From: Octopus vulgaris
Taxonomy: Eukaryota
Assembly: GCA_951406725.2 (NCBI GenBank)
Contig: OX597833.1
Span: forward strand, 57,598,001 to 57,662,000
Length of the DNA stretch: 64,000 bases
Direction of reading: 5' to 3'
This document shows positions 55,225 through 64,000 of the stretch, in pieces. The position numbers and the translations under genes are program-made. The notes under the pieces are model-generated. The model had not been told where the DNA came from and searched no databases. It worked only from the letters and a program-made list of their open reading frames with translations. The stretch's first letter is position 1, and each line of letters begins with the position of its first letter.

Positions 55225-55258
<34 letters not shown>

Positions 55259-55294
55259 GTACGGGATATATATATATATATATATATATGTATA

Positions 55295-55463
55295 TTCTCT
55301 TTTACTCTTTATTTGTTTCCGTCGTTTGACTGCGGCCATGCTGGAGCACCGTCCCATTTATTCTATTATATACGGTCTCTTTTGCCAAACCGCCATATCA
55401 CGGGAACGTAAACAAACCAACACCGGTTGTCAAGCGGTGATGAAGGGACAAACACAGACATAA

Positions 55464-55562
<99 letters not shown>

Positions 55563-55712
55563 GACGGGCTTCTTTCAGTTTCCGTCTATCAAATCTATTC
55601 CTTGTAAGAGAATTTGAAGTTTATGGAAGACACTTGCCCGAAGTGCCAAGCAGTGGGACTGAACCACGAACCATGTGGTTGGGAAGCATGCGTCTTACTA
55701 CACAGCCACACC
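55295..55712 (-). mobile_element. SINE A, diverged
   Basis: Family A head and tail. Confidence 0.8.
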
Positions 55713-55806
55713 TGTGTGTGTGTGCATACGTATGCATAGATGTATATATGTATATATATATGTATATATATGTATATATATATGTGTATATATACATATA
55801 TATATG

Positions 55807-55841
<35 letters not shown>

Positions 55842-55860
55842 GTATGTATATATACATATA

Positions 55861-55925
<65 letters not shown>

Positions 55926-55938
55926 GTGTATATATATA

Positions 55939-56028
<90 letters not shown>

Positions 56029-57211
56029 CCAAACAAGAAACACAAAAAACACACAATATATATATATATATATATGTATATGTATATATATATGTACGGT
56101 ATATATATGTACATATCCAGAAGGATATCCAGAGGTAATGCAGTACGATCGTTTCACGTAACTCCATTTAATTGAACAATGTCACGTGGCTGTTATATTT
56201 TCTTGATAACATAGTAGGTTAGATAGGATGATGTCTATATTATAATATTGCAATAACCAATAATATGTTGTACATGTATAGTAATATTACGATCATGAAA
56301 TTAGCATTAGCTTATCTCACTCTTTCTTACAGAACCCCTAGGAGTCTTTTGAGGATCCCTAGGGTTCCGGGGAAACCCGGTCGAAAAACGTGGCCCTAAC
56401 CACTAGGCTACGCGCCTTCACTACGTGGTTTAAGTACACACACTAATAGATACCATATATCGTACAGATGTGCATGTGTTTAGAAGGACGATCGCAGAAG
56501 CACACACGCGTGTCAAGGCGTGCAGTTATGCACGTTCATTCTTACAGATAGCCGTCGAAATGTAATTGAAGATTCTTGTTAAGATAACAGGAATTAAAAG
56601 AATTAAGTTAGTTAAGCTGGATGGATGATGGAGAAATAATAAGTAAGCGAATAGATAAATAAATAAATAATGGAATATAACTAAGATAAATTAGATGATG
56701 AGGAGTAGAGATAAGATAAACTAGTAGTAAACAGTCTTGTTCTGACAAATTCAGTTCAAAACGAGGACTCGTTATGAAGTTAAATATGAGAAGGAACCGG
56801 AAGTGAGGGGCTGAGTGGGTAAGAAGCTAGCTTTGCAACCAGGTGGTTTCGAGTTCAGTTCCACTGTATGTGTCTTCAACTATAGCCCCGGGCCAGTCAT
56901 TGTCTTGTGAATGAATGTGGTAAGCGGAAACTGTGTGGGAAAGCCCGTATGCTCGTACATAATTGCACGCAATACAGATACTTATATAACTTCTACATGT
57001 TCGTACATGCACACACGTATATCTATGCATTCATGTGTATATAAATGTGAATATGTAATCCATATATATATATATATATATACATTATTTAAAAGCAGCA
57101 GAAATATAACAAAAGCTGTTACTCGGAGTTTCACGTTCCCGTTCGTTACTCTACCCCTGGTATTTGAGTACTCTTTTTTCCACCTTGTTTCACATTTATA
57201 TGCTTACTCCG

Positions 57212-57301
<90 letters not shown>

Positions 57302-57557
57302 ATATATATATTAGTAAATAAATGGAGCTGAACGAAGGTGTTATTAAAATTCTTTTACTTTCGACATGGTTTTATTCCAAAGGAATTAACGGTGTAAAAT
57401 GCAATCTTCTCATCAGGAAAGAAAGAGAGCCTACCTCAACAACAAGACATTTGAATAGGTAGCTTCATCCGTGTTACTTGCGTGAATTTTGCTACCCTGG
57501 TAACTGTTTATTGAATTTTCCATGTTAACTGTAAACAAAGGATAATTCATTCATCAA

Positions 57558-57641
<84 letters not shown>

Positions 57642-57713
57642 CAGTGAGGGAACAAAAAGCAAGTATATTAGTTTGACGCTCGGGAAAAATGGAAAAGAAA
57701 AGAGAGAGAGAGA

Positions 57714-57756
<43 letters not shown>

Positions 57757-57868
57757 TGGATCAGGATTAACGGTGTATGTATACGGATATGTATTATGTA
57801 TGTATGCATGCACAAACACACACATGCACACGCACACACATACACTAACACACTTATACACACATATA

Positions 57869-57995
57869 TGACGAAGAGCGGAGGCTCGAAACGTTAAAGA
57901 CTTTACCATTCTTCCCGAGTGTCAAACTAAGACACCTGCTTGTTGTTCCTTCACCTGTCTTCGTCTTATGTTTTCTGTAAATTTGAATTATAAAT
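57869..57995 (+). mobile_element. Family F module with 5'-clipped hammerhead motif; inverted partner at ~57640-57698
   Basis: TGACGA-A-GAGC.GGAG.GCTC-GAAA-CGTT-AAAG; CCATTCTTCCCGAGTGTCAAACTAA complements TTAGTTTGACGCTCGGGAAAAATGG. Confidence 0.6.
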
Positions 57996-58024
57996 TTGAA
58001 CTATACACACACACACACACACAC

Positions 58025-58135
<111 letters not shown>

Positions 58136-58455
58136 ATATATGTATAGATACATGTGAGCGTGAGTGTGTGTTGTGCGTGTATACATTTCTAAAATATTCT
58201 TTTTGAAAAGAAATTTTGAGAATTCTATAGAACCATTATTCAACTGAAATTTCAAATAATATGAGAGAGACAGAGAGAGGGAGAGTCATCTGGTGCAATA
58301 TTTTCTATTATAAATAATTTATTACATGGATGGATTATTTACTTACAATAGAATCATTCTTCTAACAATATGCACCAGACGGCTGCCCGTTAGTTTATTT
58401 AATACAACTCAAATATACATACATATATGTATACATTTATGTGTATGTATATATG

Positions 58456-58490
<35 letters not shown>

Positions 58491-58491
<1 letters not shown>

Positions 58492-58871
58492 GAGGCGCAG
58501 TGGCCCAGTGGTTAGGGCAGCGGGTTCGCGGTCGGAGGATCGCGGTTTCGGCTCCCAGACCGGGCGTTGTGTGTGTTTATTGAGCGAAAACACCTAAAAG
58601 CTCCACGATGCTCCGGTAGGGGGTGGTGGCGATAAAAAAAAAGGCGGCGAGCTGGCAGAAACGTTAGCGCTTCGGGCGAAATGCTTAGCGGTATTTCGTC
58701 TGTCGTTACGTTCTGAGTTCAAATTCCGCCGAGGTCGACTTTGCCTTTCATCCTTTCGGAGTCGATAAATTAAGTACCAGTTACGCACGGGGTCGATGTA
58801 GTCGACTTAATCCCTTTGTCTGTCCTTGTTTGTCCCCTCTATGTTTAGCCCCTTGTGGGTAGTAAAGAAAT
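58491..58871 (+). mobile_element. SINE C head (58491-58633) followed by full SINE B (58642-58871)
   Basis: Matches to both families, joined by an A-run. Confidence 0.88.
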
Positions 58872-58912
58872 GTATGTATGTATGTATGTATGTATGTATG
58901 TATGTATGTATA

Positions 58913-58985
58913 GCTGAAATAGCTCAGTTGGGAGAGCGTTAGATTGAAGGTCTGAAGGTCCCTGGTTCAATCCCAGGTTTCGACA
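58913..58985 (+). tRNA. tRNA-Phe(GAA) variant, probably a pseudogene
   Basis: 73 nt GCTGAAATAGCTCAGTTGGGAGAGCGTTAGATTGAAGGTCTGAAGGTCCCTGGTTCAATCCCAGGTTTCGACA; intact A/B boxes; C2.A71 mismatch; T-run terminator at ~59007. Confidence 0.85.
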
Positions 58986-59012
58986 TTCGGCGGCTGGTTT
59001 GCCTAACTTTTA

Positions 59013-59833
<821 letters not shown>

Positions 59834-59887
59834 GTTGTACTTCACTCGTTTATTACTGCTATTTTTTTATTTTAACGCTTGTCCAAT

Positions 59888-59930
59888 GTCTGGGAATCTT
59901 TCGTCACACATTTGTGACCTCTTCAGCAAC
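59888..59930 (-). ncRNA. Hammerhead-like core with poor helix I/III
   Basis: CTGAAGA-G-GTCACA.AATG.TGTGAC-GAAA-GATTC; 6-bp helix II. Confidence 0.45.
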
Positions 59931-60056
59931 ACTTTTCATGTGTGTTCTTGCTCCACTTACTCCATTCTCCAGTATTTAAGTACCGTTTTTTCCAGCTTGT
60001 TTCATATTTATGTGCTTACTCAGGTGTATATATATATATATATGTATGTATGTATA

Positions 60057-60803
60057 CTGCGTGGTAAAAAGTTTGCTTCTCAACCACATGGTTCTGGATT
60101 CAATCCCACTGCGTGGCAACTTGGGCAAGTGGCTTCTACTATAGCCTCGGGCCGACCAAAGCCTTGTGAGTGGATTTGGTGGACGGAAACTGTACGAAAC
60201 CGATGTGTATATGTGTGTGTCTGTGGGTTGGTTGTTTGCGCGTGTCTTTGTGTCTGTGTTTATACCCCTCTACAGCTTGGCAACATGCGTTGGTGTGTTT
60301 ACGTTTCCATAATTTTGTGGCCTTGTTTCTAAAATAGAAAAGATAATGATAATTATTATTAAGGCGGTGAGGTGGCATAATCATTAGCACACGGCGAAAT
60401 GCTTGGCGGTATTTCGTCTGCCGTTAAATTCTGAGTTCAAATTCCACTGAGGTCAACTTTACCTTTCGTCCTCAAGGGGTCGTTTAAATTAGTACCAGTT
60501 ACGTACTGGGGTCGATGTAATCGACTTAATCCCTTCCCCCAAATTTGAGGCTTTGTGCTTCCAGTAGAAAGGGTCTTTAGTATGATTATTATTAAGGCGG
60601 CAAAATGGCAGAATCGTTAGCCCGCTGGGCGAAATGCTTTGCAGTATTTCTCCTGCCGCTACGTTCTGAGTTCAAATTCCGCCGAGGTCGACTTAGCTTT
60701 TCATCCTTTTGAGGTCGATAAACTAAATATCAGTTGAGTACTGAATGTAATTGACAAGCTTCCACCCACAAAATTTCAGGCCTTGTGCCTATAGTAGAAA
60801 GGA
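60057..60803 (+). mobile_element. Diverged SINE A (60057-60330) and two tandem SINE B copies (60361-60572, 60595-60803)
   Basis: Family matches. Confidence 0.82.
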
Positions 60804-60805
60804 AA

Positions 60806-61345
<540 letters not shown>

Positions 61346-61595
61346 TATTTTGCGTTGCTGTTGTTGATGCTTCTGTCACGGTTTTTGTTTAACCAATTCT
61401 TTCATTCGCTACACTTTACCAAATCCTTGGCTCTCTTTCTCCCCAAAGACTTCCTTTCAAGCAATCTTAAATATTTAGTTTTCTGCTAAAACCATCAACC
61501 TGCCGCCCCTGCTCTTGAAGCGTGCAGTCATCGGGGACCGCGTTGTTTATGTAACTTTTCATCAAGCAGCGCTTGGTGGAATCACACAATTGTAC

Positions 61596-61638
<43 letters not shown>

Positions 61639-61797
61639 GCCTCCATATGTGTGAGTATGTAAGCGTGTATGTGAGCTGTGCAATGATGTTTCCTACCGTA
61701 TGCTGTCTGTCTCAATCTATACGCATAAGTCATCTGCGTATGCAAGTATATGTATGCTCTCTCTGTCTCTCTGTCTCTGTCTCTGTCTGTCTGTCTC

Positions 61798-61886
<89 letters not shown>

Positions 61887-61912
61887 TCAAAATGTGAATA
61901 TTCACATTCAAA

Positions 61913-62121
61913 ATGTGACCGCGTGTGTACCGTTGGCGATTTTTTTCCCTCTGTCTTCCCTTCTCTGGATCTTTCCTTCTCCTATGTTTCCGACGAAGAG
62001 CTCCGCTCGAAACGTTAAACCCTCCTTCTTCCCTTCCTTCCTGAGCGTCCAATAATACTATATTTGTTCCACGTCCTCGCGTCGTTGTGTTTTTTGGTGC
62101 TTTCTTGTTTTGATTAACTTT
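61913..62121 (+). mobile_element. Family E Penelope-like module with hammerhead-like motif at 61986-62020
   Basis: Third copy; ends in (TA)n. Confidence 0.7.
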
Positions 62122-62315
62122 ATATATATATATATTTCATTTCTTTTGTTTTTCTTTTCTTTCTTTGTTTTAGTCGGTTGCAGTACCGCCTAGAAGAATT
62201 TTGGTAGAACGAATTGACCCCGATACTTGTCTTTTCCCCATGCTTTATAATCTATCGGACCCTCTTGCCGAAACGTTAAGTTACGGGGATGTAAAAACAC
62301 ACTCGCACGCACACA

Positions 62316-62380
<65 letters not shown>

Positions 62381-62726
62381 TCATACTAAGTTTATCGACC
62401 CTGAAAGGGTGAAAGGCAAAGACGACTCTGACCTGACGGCGTTTTAACTCAGAATGCAAAGCCGGACGAAACGCCGCTAAGCATTTTGTCCGACGCACTG
62501 ACGACTTTGCTAGTCTGCCGCCGCCGTCACATATAGCACATGATGAGACAGCCGCCTATGACGCGCCTCGCGTGGGGTATTATTTGATTAGAAGACACAT
62601 CTTTAAGGCGACGCGTACGTGGGCTTAAACGCTGAACACTTTGGTGTACTCATAGGATTATATGACATAAGTGAATTTAAAAAGAAAAGTACGCATAAAC
62701 ATGGATATAAAAGACATATATGAAAT

Positions 62727-63011
62727 AGGCGCAGGAGTGGCTGTGTGGTAAGTAGCTTGCTAACCAACCACATGGTTCCGGGTTCAGTCCCACTGCATGG
62801 CATCTTGGGCAAGTGTCTTCTGCTATAGCCTTTGTATTGCCTTTGTATTGCCAATGCCAATACAATTCTTGTTAACTAGCTTCCTGAAGATTTCTCTTGA
62901 ATGAAACAGTTCTAGTCCTGTAGAAGCTCCTTCTATATAATAAATTAATTTTACTCTGCTATGTATTGAGTACCTTATTTACTGTGGTTAACCCCGAATC
63001 AACCCGGGACC

Positions 63012-63054
<43 letters not shown>

Positions 63055-63280
63055 GTGTGTGTTTGTGTGTCTGTATTTGTCCCCCCTAGCATTGCTTGAC
63101 AACCGATGCTGGTGTGTTTACGTCCCCGTCACTTAGCGGTTCGGCAAAAGAGACCGATAGAAGAAGTACTGGGCTTACAAAGAATAAGTCCCGGGGTCGA
63201 TTTGCTCGACTAAAGGCGGTGCTCCAGCATGGCCGCAGTCAAATAACTGATACAAGTAAAAGAGTAAAAGAGTAAAGAGT
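62727..63280 (+). mobile_element. SINE A whose middle is replaced by a hammerhead-bearing module (~62831-63013)
   Basis: Head 62727-62830; 3' half 63050-63280. Confidence 0.82.
62878..62928 (+). ncRNA. Type I hammerhead ribozyme, canonical core (copy 2)
   Basis: Identical to 37936-37986 over ~90 bp. Confidence 0.8.
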
Positions 63281-63404
63281 ATAAGATAACTAATTAATGG
63301 GAAAAGTGACATGGGATTCTCAAAGGAAACGCAGAAAGCTGTGAAACAGTGAATTCATATGAGAGAATTAATGGGTAAAACATGAAGCGTATTTGGAATA
63401 TAAT

Positions 63405-63626
63405 ACTCTTTTTACTCTTTTTTACTCTTTTACTTGCTTCAGTCATTTGACTGCGGCCATGCTGGAGCACCGCCTTTAGTCGAGCAAATAGATCCCGGGA
63501 CTTATTCTTTTTTGTAAGCCCTGTACTTATTCTATCGGTCTCTTTTGCCGAACCGCTAAGTGACGGGGACGTAAACAAACCAGCATCGGTTGTCAAGCAA
63601 TGCTAGGGGGACAAACACAGACACAA

Positions 63627-63659
<33 letters not shown>

Positions 63660-63826
63660 CATATATACGACGGGCTTCTTTCAGTTTCCGTCTACCAAAT
63701 CCACTCACAAGGCATTGGTCGGCCCGGAGCTATAGCAGAAGACACTTGCCTAAGATGCCACGCAGTGGGACTGAACCCGGAACCATGTGGTTTGTAAGCA
63801 AGCTACTTACCACACAGCCACTCCTA
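63405..63826 (-). mobile_element. SINE A, tail-to-tail with the previous copy
   Basis: Family A matches. Confidence 0.9.
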
Positions 63827-64000
63827 GAGTATGTGAGATTATAAAATACAGAATATATGATACCTAAGCATTGGTCTATTGAATTGTGTGTTAGTGTAAT
63901 CCTTCAGTAATTTAAGTGTTACTTATCAAAGTGGCGGCATATGGTAAAAATCTCCTTTCTGAGATTAAAAGATGTTTTTCAGTATGGGATTTTTCTCAAC

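Overview
Repeat-saturated, AT-rich animal DNA with no recognisable host protein-coding exon. The SINE families, microsatellite load and TTAGGG-type repeats suggest an octopus or other cephalopod intergenic/intronic region (inference). Most listed ORFs are translations of microsatellites or satellites. Real content: a full-length but defective mariner with 37-bp TIRs (3111-4406); an inverted 5'/5' mariner derivative; a hAT MITE with an 8-bp TSD; two Helitron MITEs; Tx1/L1, RTE, CR1 and Penelope (GIY-YIG) fragments; dozens of tRNA-derived SINEs from 3-4 families; two degenerate tRNA genes; and a ~13-kb composite satellite block around a degenerate (CCCTAA)n array. The main hidden signal is a dense, multi-family set of hammerhead-ribozyme-like motifs in short (TA)n-flanked, Penelope-like non-autonomous modules. 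It includes a canonical type I hammerhead with an extended helix I between 91-bp inverted repeats (9929-10295), an identical pair at 37936 and 62878, and several recurrent CCGANGA (U4C) core variants. All structures were read by eye and none has been computed or tested.
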